Shown in pieces: positions 34,601 to 43,853 of a stretch of DNA of 64,000 bases (the first letter of the stretch is position 1; the number at the start of each line of letters is the position of its first letter). Source of the stretch: a virus (lineage: Duplodnaviria; Caudoviricetes); IMG/VR virus record IMGVR_UViG_3300021426_000089, positions 4,126-68,125 of that record. One strand, 5' to 3'. The translations under genes and the position numbers were made by a program. The notes under the pieces are model-generated. The model was not told the DNA's origin. It did no database searches and worked only from the letters and a program-made list of their open reading frames with translations.

Positions 34601-35101
34601 CTTCGCCTCGGACAGTATCGCAATCAGGTCGGCATCCTCCTCCTCGTCCAAATCCATAACCTTGATTTCCCAACGTCCGGGGAAGAAGGCATCAACGCTG
34701 GCCTGAATCCTCCGTGCGATGCCGTACACATCTTCAAACGTGGCGACATTCTCCCGCGTGGAGAAATGGACGTTCTTCTCAACATCCAGCACCAAGTCGT
34801 TAAAAAGCGCGATTTCCAGCTCCTTCGTTGCGGAATGGAGTTGGACGTTGGAATAGACGAAAGAAGCGCCGTATTCCTGCCTTCTGCCTTGTTTCTTGGG
34901 CTGTGGCAAGGAATAGAGCTTATAACGGAGCCCGGTCCGGGGATAATACAGATAATCCCCGATTTCCCAGTCTATCGGAATCGGGCTTGCAATCTCGGAG
35001 AACTCCAGATACGACACTTTGAGATACGTGCCGTTGTATTTCGGCTTGCCGCTGTACCTGATGTTCTTGCCATCTTTGGAGTAGATACTGAACCGTGCCA
35101 T
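31628..35101 (-). CDS. Tail hub/Tal-like baseplate protein
   Basis: 1157 aa after Dit; TRLYVYGSERNLPNRYY pattern. Confidence 0.75.
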   Translation of the reverse strand: MARFSIYSKDGKNIRYSGKPKYNGTYLKVSYLEFSEIASPIPIDWEIGDYLYYPRTGLRYKLYSLPQPKKQGRRQEYGASFVYSNVQLHSATKELEIALFNDLVLDVEKNVHFSTRENVATFEDVYGIARRIQASVDAFFPGRWEIKVMDLDEEEDADLIAILSEAKEFTVSSGSCLGALNTIYNTWEGIGWIHTYDVERDKDIITIGRPNKRDSSNTSSVFLYGLGAGLNAIKKSYTNVDEFATRLYVYGSERNLPNRYYNGLEICNADSVDIANLMLPLANWGKATDPVTGQLRPDASLCYIEDPEKVAKYGLIPRKVYFNGSQNEEIYPSIKNLTAGRLRTAKAAHGDSTYIPSTTLYPDAERMDLVKSCANPRDNGVTVDDGDVVYEDTRSVTFASGSGYIGASENDRDTRPETYKKPVIRTIIDYTPAQSGTRVIIEPTLEIGFDFSGLGNDAPVIKQRVILTVQTADGGTTIEQQEDTVLDPTPPVKMTPSRSVSMKKEYCISAGKIVRIQVLLLFDRTYDNETGMTYSFISSSGSIYFGFKEDITDSFKLYIKQIGFNMAECLTTTSGGIATISMKDGMCGGRNFIVKRCTYRPVSDDWELTVKRVQDSAVNMLYPNSNYPINAGDAFVILDIEMPELYVFIGQETLLEYGLKLYDDVSNGKAYYEPEVDAKQIVRSGATLKEGMYMQIHDEDIIEGYTDYILIDSLVIEENEDNIPTYKVTLREKKKSSYVQSTATALSNLAHQIEVNKGGAGVDIIMSRDGRPAADDNVYSALRSQLEFLSKKYDDIARGLITFLQGATFGNFAEGITGFGGKIDGAGNGELQSLTLHHFLEVPELRYNRIDTLVGNQWRAPGGGIIERVEPDYDANGNMLNTGVIYLHLEDGEIGQVALDDICMGIFHDGINESSNALADGDDGVGNFHFSGFYTTYFRVTELLAADNHCFRYAIRPVSASWPETYHPSEAMHFVAYGNFSNTDRQTARYSTRTYERYLKDVNTWEFSANNIGAQFGDLSNLNIFGLNMTGYSAYLNNIYMSGVIEQFLLLPYRLEIDTEGQDTLAFGESLNVTCSVWKGWDDVTADVVAWRIERDSGDPLADAAWNLSSKAVNFRGSIVIEHNQNYSDLATIGVSTLFTITAVLSDGDSAEYNLTI

Positions 35102-35107
35102 AGCCCG

Positions 35108-35623
35108 TTAGCCCTCCACTGCTATGATGCTGCCGTTTGCAAGCCTTGTTGAGGTGATAGGGTCGTTGACCTTGAACGTCACAGAGAAGATGATCCGGGC
35201 CCAGTTGTCGCGGGCCTTGAAGCCGTTATCGGACTCCTCATATCCGGCATAGCGTACCTTCTGACGGCCAAGCCCGGTATATGCGTCATATACCTTAAAC
35301 TCGCCGTTCTTGATATGGTTGAAGAAAGCCTGCTGCTGGGTTCGGAGAACTTCTACAGCAGGAGTATTGCCAGAAGCGTATGCCTTGATGTAGAACTCGA
35401 CTTGGAAGGTAAAGCTCTGATACCGCATCTGGTCCGTGTATTCATCGTCCCCGTTCTCGTCGTGGAAGTTGTTAGTGTACGGCTCCTTCGGATCCGGCAT
35501 AGCAGGATAGGGATTGGTCTTTGCAACCAACCCCCACTCCGCTGCGGTATCTTTGGCCGTCACATCAGATTCCGTCTGAATGTAGAACGGCTTATAGTCA
35601 GGTATGTTCGGTACGTAAGGCAT
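35108..35623 (-). CDS. Distal tail (Dit)-like protein
   Basis: Size and position directly after the tape measure gene. Confidence 0.65.
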   Translation of the reverse strand: MPYVPNIPDYKPFYIQTESDVTAKDTAAEWGLVAKTNPYPAMPDPKEPYTNNFHDENGDDEYTDQMRYQSFTFQVEFYIKAYASGNTPAVEVLRTQQQAFFNHIKNGEFKVYDAYTGLGRQKVRYAGYEESDNGFKARDNWARIIFSVTFKVNDPITSTRLANGSIIAVEG

Positions 35624-35630
35624 AACACTG

Positions 35631-35675
35631 CAAATGTATGTTATTGTCGCGAATAATCTGAAATAATTATTTCAG
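35631..35675 (-). promoter_or_regulatory. Late-class promoter with palindromic box
   Basis: CTGAAATAATTATTTCAG-ATTATT-N13-TACATTTG. Confidence 0.7.
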
Positions 35676-35676
35676 T

Positions 35677-38600
35677 TTATTGCATCAGGGAACGGATGGC
35701 CGGAGCACCATCTTCGGAGGTAATCACGCTTCGGAGGTCGTTCAGAAGCGTTGCGTTGATGGTGGCAATCCTCGCCGTATTCTGCGCCACGTTGAAGGTA
35801 TGGGCCTCTATCTTGGTGATGTACTCCCACACCGTAGGCGGCGGCATCAACGCTCGAATAGCCTTTACATCCTGCCAGCCTTGAACCTGCATCATCCTCA
35901 TTATGGAGACATCAGCCCGCATCGCATTGATGTAGGATGCAATCAAACTTGCCGTGTCCTCGGTCATAGCTTTTAGCCCGTTGGTGAAGGAGGAATCTTC
36001 TTCGTCCGCCTCATAGAGCGAAAGGCCGAGTTTCTTTGCCGCTTCCTTCACGTAAGACAGGCCGTCAAAGACCAGTTGAGACTCACCTTCCAGATCCTGA
36101 ACGAACTTCCCAAGAATCTTCATCCACTCGGCAGGACTCAAATTGTCGTGGAGGTCCTTCTGCAGTTGGTCAAACTTGTCTTGGAACACGGCAGCGAAGA
36201 TGGCCTGTGCCATAAGGTTCTCGATAACGCCCTCTACGTAGTCGTGGAAGGTGTCGATGGCCGAATACAGGTCATTGTTGCGGAAGGCATCAACCAGTGC
36301 ATCGCGAAGGTTCGTGCCGAGGTCTCCGGCCCAGTCCTTAATCGTGTTGTTGATAGTTTCCTCGGCCTCTACCATCTTCTTCTGAACCTCATCCCAGTGG
36401 TCAACGATTTCCTTCGTCTTATCATCCAGCTTATCGTAATCAGCAAGGATGCGAGGATTAAGAGCGAAGGGCTCCGCATCTTCTGACTCGTCCAGCAACG
36501 TGCCGTAATGCTCAATCAGGCTCTCGAATACAGGGACGGTTTTCTGCGCACCGAACAGGCCGACAAACAGGCCAGTGATAGCACCAGCAACGGTTCCGAT
36601 AACAGTACCGATACCCATAGCCCAGCCACCGATGGCAGTACCGATGGCGGCTCCGGCGGCAGCACCCATACCGACTGCGGCAAGGGTGTTTCCTGCATCA
36701 GCAACCTTCTTGGTCCCGGTCTGCACCTGACCGCCAGCAAGTTCAAGCAGGGTTGCATTCAACTCGTCCGCAGCAGCCTTGTACTTCTCCGCACCAACAA
36801 TCGCTTCTCCGAATGGATCCTGAACACCCCAAACGTTACTCTCCTTGAAGGAGTGCTCCCGATCAATCATCATCGCACGATACGCAAGCTCGGTGTGAAG
36901 CACACTCAAAGCCCATTCCTCCTGCGCCTGCTTGTTCTCCTGAATGGACTTGCCAACGAGAGAAATCAGTCCAGCAACATTCTGGACCGCAGTGGAGATT
37001 ATGCTCATCTTGCCCTCTGCAGACAATCCCGTCACGTTGCCCTCCGCGTCTGTCACGGTCTTGGAGAGTGCGCTCTGTATCGAAGAATAGCTCTTGACCA
37101 TTCCGCCAAGAGACTTGAAACTTGCGCCGAGTGTGTTGGCCCAGCCCCAACCCGCATCACTGGTCTGGAAGGTGGAGATTGCGTCGCCGATTTCGTCAAG
37201 GGCATCAGCCACCTCGTCGAGATTCTTCTTTAGCTTGTCCCAGAACTTCTCATCAACGACCTTTTTCTGCTCGTTTCTTGCAGCTTTGATGGCGGCAACA
37301 ATATCGTCGAGCTTGATACCGAGGTCGTTTGCCCGCTTTACCAACTCCGGCGGGATAAGTGCGGCAATATCCTCATCCGACAACTCATCTTTCAGCAGGG
37401 ATAGTATCTTCTCCAGTTCCGACAAAGACTTCGTGTCAAGCCGAGACACATCCGTTTTCTTGTCCTTAAAGAAGGCGGTCAGGAAGTTGTTGCCGAGGTT
37501 CTTGATGCGCTCCTGCTTGATGTCGTGAATGGCACGGATTTCTCCCTGCCGCCACGTCTCAATCGAATCTTTGGCCTTCTTCTCATACTCGGTCCAAGCC
37601 GCTTCGCCGTGCGCTGCGACATAAGCTGCCTTCCCCTTTTCGAGGTCGGCCAGCTTCTCGTCAACCTTCAACTGGATTTTGCCTTCTTCATCCTCAACCT
37701 CCTGCAGGGCCTGCCGGATAGCAAGCGTGATACCCTCACCAAAAACATCTTTGGTGGTGGCATCAATCTTCTTCAAGAACTCATCCGTCTTGCGGAGATA
37801 CTTGCCGCTTTCGGCAAGAGCCTTCAACTGCGCCTTCTGCTGATCGCCGAGTTCCTGCGCCTTGCCCCGGCCAATATCGGCACGGAGGCGGGCAGCGGCC
37901 TCGGCATCGAACTTCTCCAGTTCGTTTGCGGCCTCCTCCAGTTCGGTCCAGAAGTCGCGGCGGTCCCTGACACTGGCATTGACGTAGGAGAAATAGGTGG
38001 AGACCAAAGAATCGGCCTCCGTCTGCGAGAATCCGTTCTTAATGAGGTCGTTATACGCCCTCTGAATCTCTTTGATGGTGTCAATCTTGGTCTCGACATC
38101 CTTCTGATCCTGACTCTTGCCAGTGGAAGGAACGTGTGTTCCGGCCCTGCGATTATCCTCCAGCGAGTAGCCGAGATTCTTGGCAATGGCCTCAATAGCC
38201 TTCTTCCTCGTCTGTAGTTTCTTTACCTCATCGTAAGCAGACTTCGCTTCATCGTTGAGGCTGGCATAGACGGCCTTGTCAAAGGCAATACCAGACACGG
38301 ACTTGAACCTCTCCTTCGCACGTTTAATGCCGGGCATCACGTTCTTATACTGCTGGTCAATCTCTTTGTAGTAGCCCTCCATCGAAAAGTCCGTGCTCTC
38401 ATCGGCCCAGAGGCCGAAAGCCTTCTGCTTGGACTTGATGCCGAGCCCGGCCAGCGCATCCTGCACCAGCCTTGCACCCTTCGTCGGGGATACGGCCAAC
38501 GTTCCACGATACTTTCGAGCCTTCTCCGGCATACCGATGGCATCGTACAGTGCTGCCGTCTCCTGTATCTTCATCTGGCCGTATTCCGCCAACTTCTCCT

Positions 38601-40779
38601 GATACTCCTCCGACGACATCTGCAACTTGCCGAGGGCTTCGACACGGGCCTTGTAGTCGTTGTCAATCTTCTCCAGCCCGGCCCTTTCCGCCTCGGATTG
38701 AGCGCCACCAGCCGAGTACAAGACGCTCATTCTCTGGTCAAGAGCGGAAATAGCACCATTGTAGTCTTTCGCGGCATAGTACAACTTCTTCGCGAGGCCG
38801 GAGACGGTCTGGTCGTTGTAGTTCGGGCCAGAGTAAGGGCCAGTATAAGACTTTGAATACGAGAAATTTGCGTTGCTACCGAAATAGGCGCGTGCCGCAT
38901 CCTCAACAGAGTAATAGCCGTTCTTGGCAAAAAACTCGGCAAAGCCACGGGCCTGATTCTCCGAGAGGGTCTTTCCATTCAGCGTAAAGCCGAGTGCGGT
39001 GCTCTGCAGCTGATTGACGAGGTTCAGCATAGCATCGGCATAGTCCTCACCGAACTTCTTGTCAATCTTCTCACGGCCTGCGGCCATACCGCTGGCGTAT
39101 GCCTTGTTCTGGATGGCGATGCGGGCAGCATCTGCTGAACGGGCAATCTCGTCGTAGGCGTTCTTCTCGTTGAGCAGGTTCGGCAAATACTCTCCGTACT
39201 TCGAGTTGAGTTCGTGGATGGCATTGCGGTAATCCTGCGACCCTTCCGTTGCCTGCTCCAGCTTATTGACGAGTTTGTCGAATCCGTCAAGGGTACGGTT
39301 CATTTCCGAATACTTCTCGTCAGTAATCTTATCCAGTTCGCGGTTGAGTTCACCCGCGGCACGGACGGCTTGGAAGATGGCGACGGCAACGGCTGTGATG
39401 ATGCCGATAATGGTTCCGGCAAACGCGGCCTTCGCTCCCTTTTCGGCCTGCTCCAGTCCGTTCACGTACAACTTGACGGCATTTGTCAAAGAGCCGAGGA
39501 CGCGGGTCTGACGCGCAATGACAGTAATGGCATCAATGGCCATCAACGCCTTCTTCCTGATGGCAACAGCGGCCAGCACAGCGGCATAAGCGCCGAAGCC
39601 GGAGGCAACGGACACTATCACCCTGCCGATGGCCTGCCAATGCGACATCAGTTCGCCGATGGCAGAAACACTGCCCTTCAACAGGCCGTCCTGCGCCTGA
39701 CCAATCTGGTACAACATAATGTCGTACTGGTCGCCGAGGTTCTTCACCTTCGCTTTCAAGGTCTCGGCCTGAACCTCCTGCATCTGGTAGAACTTGCCGC
39801 CTTCGCTGGTCATATCCTTAAAGACCTTCGCCACCATTTCAAACGGCACTTCGCGAGAGGAAATCTTGTCAAAGACTTCTCCGGCGGAGACGATCCGGCC
39901 CTCAATCTCCTCAAACTGCTTCGCCAGTTCGGTCAGAATGGGAATCCCGGCTTCCGTCAGCTGCCGGACTTCCTGTCCGCGCAAAAAACTGGCGCTTCTA
40001 ATTTGGCCATACGCGAGGATGATACGGCTCATATCGACACCGAGACCAGCGCTGACATCGGCCAGCATCTTGGTCGTGTCGTAGAGTTCTTCCATCGGCA
40101 CGGAGAAAGCAGACAACTGCTTCGCGTAAGATGTCAAGTCGGAGAAGGAGAACGGCGACTTGACGGCCAGCACCTGCAACTGGTTGAAGATTTTGTCGGC
40201 TCCGTCAGCGTCCTGCAGGATGGCCTTCAACGTCTGGTGCTGTAACTCAAATTCGCCGCTGACACGAACCAGCGACGAGATAAACCTTTCTACAGTATGG
40301 ATGCTGAAATAGGCCGCGGCATAGCCTCCGAGTTCACGAAGCAGTCGGCCCTGATTGTGGTACGTGTCGTTGCCCTGCTGCAGCAAGCGATTCAGACGCT
40401 CCTGCGCCGTGGCCGTCTGCAACTTGGCCTTCTGCTCCTTCTCCGCGTTGATGATGGCGGCAGAGCCCGTTTTCTCAATCTCGCGGCGCTGGCGCTGCTG
40501 GGAGGCAATGGCAGCGGCTTCGGTGCGGGACTGCTCCTGCCGGATCTTCTCCTGCTGCTTCGCAACCTCGGCAGCGGTCTTGGCCTGCTCCCGAGCAATC
40601 TTCTCCGCGTTCTTTGCAGATTTGACATCTACATTCGCAATCTGCTTCTTGATGTCAAGGACCCGCGACATCTGCGTGTTGAAGGTTTCTGCCGTTTTCA
40701 GGTCGGCAGTTATCTTCTCGTTGAACTCGGCATCGTCAAGTATGACTTTATAATTAAGCTGGTCTATTTCCTTTGCCAT
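35677..40779 (-). CDS. Tape measure protein
   Basis: 1700 aa, helical; tape-measure domain LQVLAVKSPFSFSDLTSYAKQL...AYGQIRSA; follows the chaperones. Confidence 0.92.
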   Translation of the reverse strand: MAKEIDQLNYKVILDDAEFNEKITADLKTAETFNTQMSRVLDIKKQIANVDVKSAKNAEKIAREQAKTAAEVAKQQEKIRQEQSRTEAAAIASQQRQRREIEKTGSAAIINAEKEQKAKLQTATAQERLNRLLQQGNDTYHNQGRLLRELGGYAAAYFSIHTVERFISSLVRVSGEFELQHQTLKAILQDADGADKIFNQLQVLAVKSPFSFSDLTSYAKQLSAFSVPMEELYDTTKMLADVSAGLGVDMSRIILAYGQIRSASFLRGQEVRQLTEAGIPILTELAKQFEEIEGRIVSAGEVFDKISSREVPFEMVAKVFKDMTSEGGKFYQMQEVQAETLKAKVKNLGDQYDIMLYQIGQAQDGLLKGSVSAIGELMSHWQAIGRVIVSVASGFGAYAAVLAAVAIRKKALMAIDAITVIARQTRVLGSLTNAVKLYVNGLEQAEKGAKAAFAGTIIGIITAVAVAIFQAVRAAGELNRELDKITDEKYSEMNRTLDGFDKLVNKLEQATEGSQDYRNAIHELNSKYGEYLPNLLNEKNAYDEIARSADAARIAIQNKAYASGMAAGREKIDKKFGEDYADAMLNLVNQLQSTALGFTLNGKTLSENQARGFAEFFAKNGYYSVEDAARAYFGSNANFSYSKSYTGPYSGPNYNDQTVSGLAKKLYYAAKDYNGAISALDQRMSVLYSAGGAQSEAERAGLEKIDNDYKARVEALGKLQMSSEEYQEKLAEYGQMKIQETAALYDAIGMPEKARKYRGTLAVSPTKGARLVQDALAGLGIKSKQKAFGLWADESTDFSMEGYYKEIDQQYKNVMPGIKRAKERFKSVSGIAFDKAVYASLNDEAKSAYDEVKKLQTRKKAIEAIAKNLGYSLEDNRRAGTHVPSTGKSQDQKDVETKIDTIKEIQRAYNDLIKNGFSQTEADSLVSTYFSYVNASVRDRRDFWTELEEAANELEKFDAEAAARLRADIGRGKAQELGDQQKAQLKALAESGKYLRKTDEFLKKIDATTKDVFGEGITLAIRQALQEVEDEEGKIQLKVDEKLADLEKGKAAYVAAHGEAAWTEYEKKAKDSIETWRQGEIRAIHDIKQERIKNLGNNFLTAFFKDKKTDVSRLDTKSLSELEKILSLLKDELSDEDIAALIPPELVKRANDLGIKLDDIVAAIKAARNEQKKVVDEKFWDKLKKNLDEVADALDEIGDAISTFQTSDAGWGWANTLGASFKSLGGMVKSYSSIQSALSKTVTDAEGNVTGLSAEGKMSIISTAVQNVAGLISLVGKSIQENKQAQEEWALSVLHTELAYRAMMIDREHSFKESNVWGVQDPFGEAIVGAEKYKAAADELNATLLELAGGQVQTGTKKVADAGNTLAAVGMGAAAGAAIGTAIGGWAMGIGTVIGTVAGAITGLFVGLFGAQKTVPVFESLIEHYGTLLDESEDAEPFALNPRILADYDKLDDKTKEIVDHWDEVQKKMVEAEETINNTIKDWAGDLGTNLRDALVDAFRNNDLYSAIDTFHDYVEGVIENLMAQAIFAAVFQDKFDQLQKDLHDNLSPAEWMKILGKFVQDLEGESQLVFDGLSYVKEAAKKLGLSLYEADEEDSSFTNGLKAMTEDTASLIASYINAMRADVSIMRMMQVQGWQDVKAIRALMPPPTVWEYITKIEAHTFNVAQNTARIATINATLLNDLRSVITSEDGAPAIRSLMQ

Positions 40780-40791
40780 AGTGGTATCTTG

Positions 40792-41222
40792 CTATGGGGC
40801 TTCTTCATCAGCGGCCCCGGAAAAAACTTCTTCCAATGTGTAGGCACGTGGCCCGGAGGCTTCGGCCTTCTTCCGGCGACGGGCGCGGGCCTTCTCCAGC
40901 GCTTCCCGGTTCAGCCGTTCGCATTCATCGTCCGGCTTATTGTCTTTGAAGTTGTAGAGAGTGTGAGGCAGATCCGCTTGCATCAGTTCGATTTGGGGCA
41001 TCGTCAAGACGCACCTGTAGCCCCAGTCCCGCTCCCAGCGGCCTAAACAGATTCTTGGCCTACCGTATTCTGGGAATTTTTGGACGAAAGCCGACTCACG
41101 GCCCAGATCTGTTCGGCTTGGAAAGTCTCGGCTTCCTTTTGAGTCATTCTCATCCAGTCCGCTCTCATATCCGTCAAGTACACCATATTCCTCCAAAACG
41201 ATTCGAGCGGAAGTTTTTTTTT
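40792..41222 (-). CDS. Tail assembly chaperone -1 frame extension (gpGT-like)
   Basis: -1 frame is open from the A9 slippery run (41222-41214) to 40792. Confidence 0.65.
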
Positions 41223-41588
41223 ACCCTCGGCGATGATGGGCTCCATCTGTTCCTCGCTGTAGCCACGCAAAAAGGCCCAAATCCGCCACTTTATCGGGTA
41301 AATCAACCGCAACTTCCAGTACGAGTTGAGAACTATCGTACAGGCACATTTGATGCTGAAATAGGGGTCGATACAGACGGAGCGCAGCGTCTCACTCGAA
41401 CTATCGGGAATGGCCATTTCACGCTCACTCCACAACTTCGTCAGGCACTCTAATGTGTAGGGCTTGATGCCCCGCACTTTAACGGTGCGTCGCGTCCCTG
41501 CTATTGCTATGGTCGTAGGCTCATCAGCGACTATCTCGCGATATGCCTGCCGTGCATTCTTATCGGGCTGTTTCATTGCTTGATTCAA
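41043..41588 (-). CDS. Tail assembly chaperone (gpG-like)
   Basis: Between tail tube and tape measure genes; EGKKK over A9. Confidence 0.75.
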   Translation of the reverse strand: MNQAMKQPDKNARQAYREIVADEPTTIAIAGTRRTVKVRGIKPYTLECLTKLWSEREMAIPDSSSETLRSVCIDPYFSIKCACTIVLNSYWKLRLIYPIKWRIWAFLRGYSEEQMEPIIAEGKKKLPLESFWRNMVYLTDMRADWMRMTQKEAETFQAEQIWAVSRLSSKNSQNTVGQESV

Positions 41589-41594
41589 TTAAAC

Positions 41595-41625
41595 AAGGGG
41601 ACGGGGTATTTAGGTCCCGCCCCCT
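41595..41625 (-). terminator. Hairpin terminator after the tail tube gene
   Basis: AAGGGGCGGG...CCCGTCCCCTT then T-rich sequence on the minus strand. Confidence 0.5.
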
Positions 41626-41649
41626 TCGGTTGTAGTGGTTTGTGCCGGA

Positions 41650-42228
41650 TTAGGCCGCGGCCTTTAGCACACCAAACTTGGAGTAAGTGCCGTTCGCCAG
41701 CACGTAGCCCACGAACTTGACATACCCCGGCTTCTGGTGGTCGTCGATTGCCGGAGGATTCACGACAATCTTGACGTGGCCCAGAACGATGGCCGTTTTC
41801 TTGGACTTGGACTCAACGAGGACAGAGACCTCAATCTCCTTCGCCTCCTTGTAGCCCTTGCCGGAGTACACGGTTCCTTCCTGACCCTTGATGGTATTTC
41901 CGTCGCCGGAAATGGTCTCACCAGCGTTGAAGAAGTAATCGAATACCTCGACGGCCCAAGACGGGATGTTGCCGTTGATGGTCCAGTCACCGTTCTCGAA
42001 GTCGAAGTCGATGATCTCATCGTACTGGTCAACCCGGAAGGCGTTGGTGGAAGGGTCGGCAGGAGCCAGAGTGAAGGAGTCCTGTTCGGTGAACACCTGA
42101 TCTGCGCCCTGAAAATCCAACCCCGGAAGCGCTACACCACCGCTGGTGTAGGGCAGAAGCGAAATGGCTGCGTTCCCCTTGTGGAGGTCCTCCAGCATCG
42201 CTTTGGTAAGAGTTGCGTTGTTAGCCAT
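41650..42228 (-). CDS. Major tail tube protein
   Basis: Size and position after the terminator-like gene. Confidence 0.7.
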   Translation of the reverse strand: MANNATLTKAMLEDLHKGNAAISLLPYTSGGVALPGLDFQGADQVFTEQDSFTLAPADPSTNAFRVDQYDEIIDFDFENGDWTINGNIPSWAVEVFDYFFNAGETISGDGNTIKGQEGTVYSGKGYKEAKEIEVSVLVESKSKKTAIVLGHVKIVVNPPAIDDHQKPGYVKFVGYVLANGTYSKFGVLKAAA

Positions 42229-42230
42229 AG

Positions 42231-42629
42231 CTATGATTGTTTAACTTTGATGATAGTATTCAGTTGTATTACGCGGGCGTGAAAGCCGTAGTCGTCTGCC
42301 GTGTCCCCGAGCACATTTGGCGTTTCGTCGAAGATGTAGCGGCCATCATTGAAAGGAAGGCCAGCAACCAGCTTCTTGTACATCACCGACAACTTCTTGC
42401 CGTTCTTCTGGTTGGATATGTCTTTCGCAAACAGGGAGAGATAGACATCGCACTCGCCGTAGGCCCCACGGTCTTTGACAACACCGTTCACCTTGACAAC
42501 GCAAAAGTCGTTGCCGCTGATGTCTGCAGATTTCGGCCTGTTGTTGAAAACAGTTGACGAAATCTTCAACTCATCGCGCACAATCTCCTTCAAGCGAGTC
42601 TCGATGTCAGTTATGTCAAAGTCATTCAT
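42231..42629 (-). CDS. Tail terminator-like protein
   Basis: Size and position. Confidence 0.6.
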   Translation of the reverse strand: MNDFDITDIETRLKEIVRDELKISSTVFNNRPKSADISGNDFCVVKVNGVVKDRGAYGECDVYLSLFAKDISNQKNGKKLSVMYKKLVAGLPFNDGRYIFDETPNVLGDTADDYGFHARVIQLNTIIKVKQS

Positions 42630-43060
42630 ACCTTGCGGAAATATTGATGGAAGTTCTCAATCACACTACTTGCGGATTCGTGAAGGAACTGAATCTCGTA
42701 GTCAACGCGATACCAGTCATTCGCCATATCCGACAAGACGATACCATACCAACCCAGTCTCGGACCCTCTGCTACAACCTCCTGCAGTCTGGCCAAAGCC
42801 CGACCCCTCGGAGTCCATTTGCCCTTTGCTTGCGACACGGCCTCGATAACCTGTCCGTTATGGACCAAGCACCATCCCAAAGTGTCATTTTCTTCTTCGT
42901 GGTGCATCCCGTGGCCGTGGTTTTCGTGAGCCTCGTGCAACGCATCCAGCGCCTTATCCAGAATCTGATACATCGCCCGCTCGATGGTCTCGTCCTTCCT
43001 CATCTGGAGGCGGGCGAATCCCTGACGCAAACGCCTTGCATTATCTTCTTTCAGGCCCAT
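42626..43060 (-). CDS. Neck/tail completion protein
   Basis: Size and position. Confidence 0.55.
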   Translation of the reverse strand: MGLKEDNARRLRQGFARLQMRKDETIERAMYQILDKALDALHEAHENHGHGMHHEEENDTLGWCLVHNGQVIEAVSQAKGKWTPRGRALARLQEVVAEGPRLGWYGIVLSDMANDWYRVDYEIQFLHESASSVIENFHQYFRKV

Positions 43061-43065
43061 ATCCG

Positions 43066-43476
43066 TTACTCGTTTTTCACGCGGTCAAACCATATCAAAG
43101 AGCCGAGATTGAACGTGTCCTTCTTCACCACAACGCCCCTGAACGTCTTTTCGTAGTCGGTCAGTTCCAGTATATCGCCGGGATTCAGCGGAGTGAGGAA
43201 GATGGGACACGAAATCTTGTAGTCAGAGACAATCACATCCCCGGCCCGCATCGTGTTCATAGAACTCTGGCGATAACCGAATGGGATGCTTTCCACTTCC
43301 TCCGTGATGAAGTTGCCTTGCGCGTCGAAAGTCGGCTGGCTATCTACCATCACAACCGCAGTCAACGTCAAATAGCCCTGAATCGGATCGCCGTTCTCAT
43401 CAGTGATGGGATCGCCGTGCTCATCAAGACCTTCACGAACTACGCGGAGGGTATGTGGAAACTGCGGATTGTACAT
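43066..43476 (-). CDS. Head closure/adaptor protein
   Basis: Size and position. Confidence 0.55.
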   Translation of the reverse strand: MYNPQFPHTLRVVREGLDEHGDPITDENGDPIQGYLTLTAVVMVDSQPTFDAQGNFITEEVESIPFGYRQSSMNTMRAGDVIVSDYKISCPIFLTPLNPGDILELTDYEKTFRGVVVKKDTFNLGSLIWFDRVKNE

Positions 43477-43838
43477 TACTTGTAAAGTGGTCTCATCTTG
43501 AATTTGCCAGCAGCGGCTTCATCAGCGCGGGGGTCGTCCCATTTCTTGTACAGCCGCATTGCGAGTTCACGCAACGATCTGCGGTCGAACACATTCTTGG
43601 CAGACTTCTGCAGCTGATAGCCGTTGTCGGAGATATATTCGCCAGATGCCTTCACGGAGGATCCGGCAGCGTACATAAGGATGTCGGCATAGCACAGGTC
43701 CCGCTGCTTCTCCGTCAAAGTGGAAGCATCGGTTCCGGCCTCAATACCGCGATTGAACAGTACTGCGGCAAGAGCTTCCGGGGAAAAGTCGAAATCGACC
43801 ATCCCCCGGAGCCAAGTCTCTACAGTGTACGCTGCCAT
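43476..43838 (-). CDS. Head-tail connector protein
   Basis: Follows the capsid gene; DLCYADILMY pattern. Confidence 0.6.
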   Translation of the reverse strand: MAAYTVETWLRGMVDFDFSPEALAAVLFNRGIEAGTDASTLTEKQRDLCYADILMYAAGSSVKASGEYISDNGYQLQKSAKNVFDRRSLRELAMRLYKKWDDPRADEAAAGKFKMRPLYK

Positions 43839-43853
43839 AACCTTCGTGAGAGT

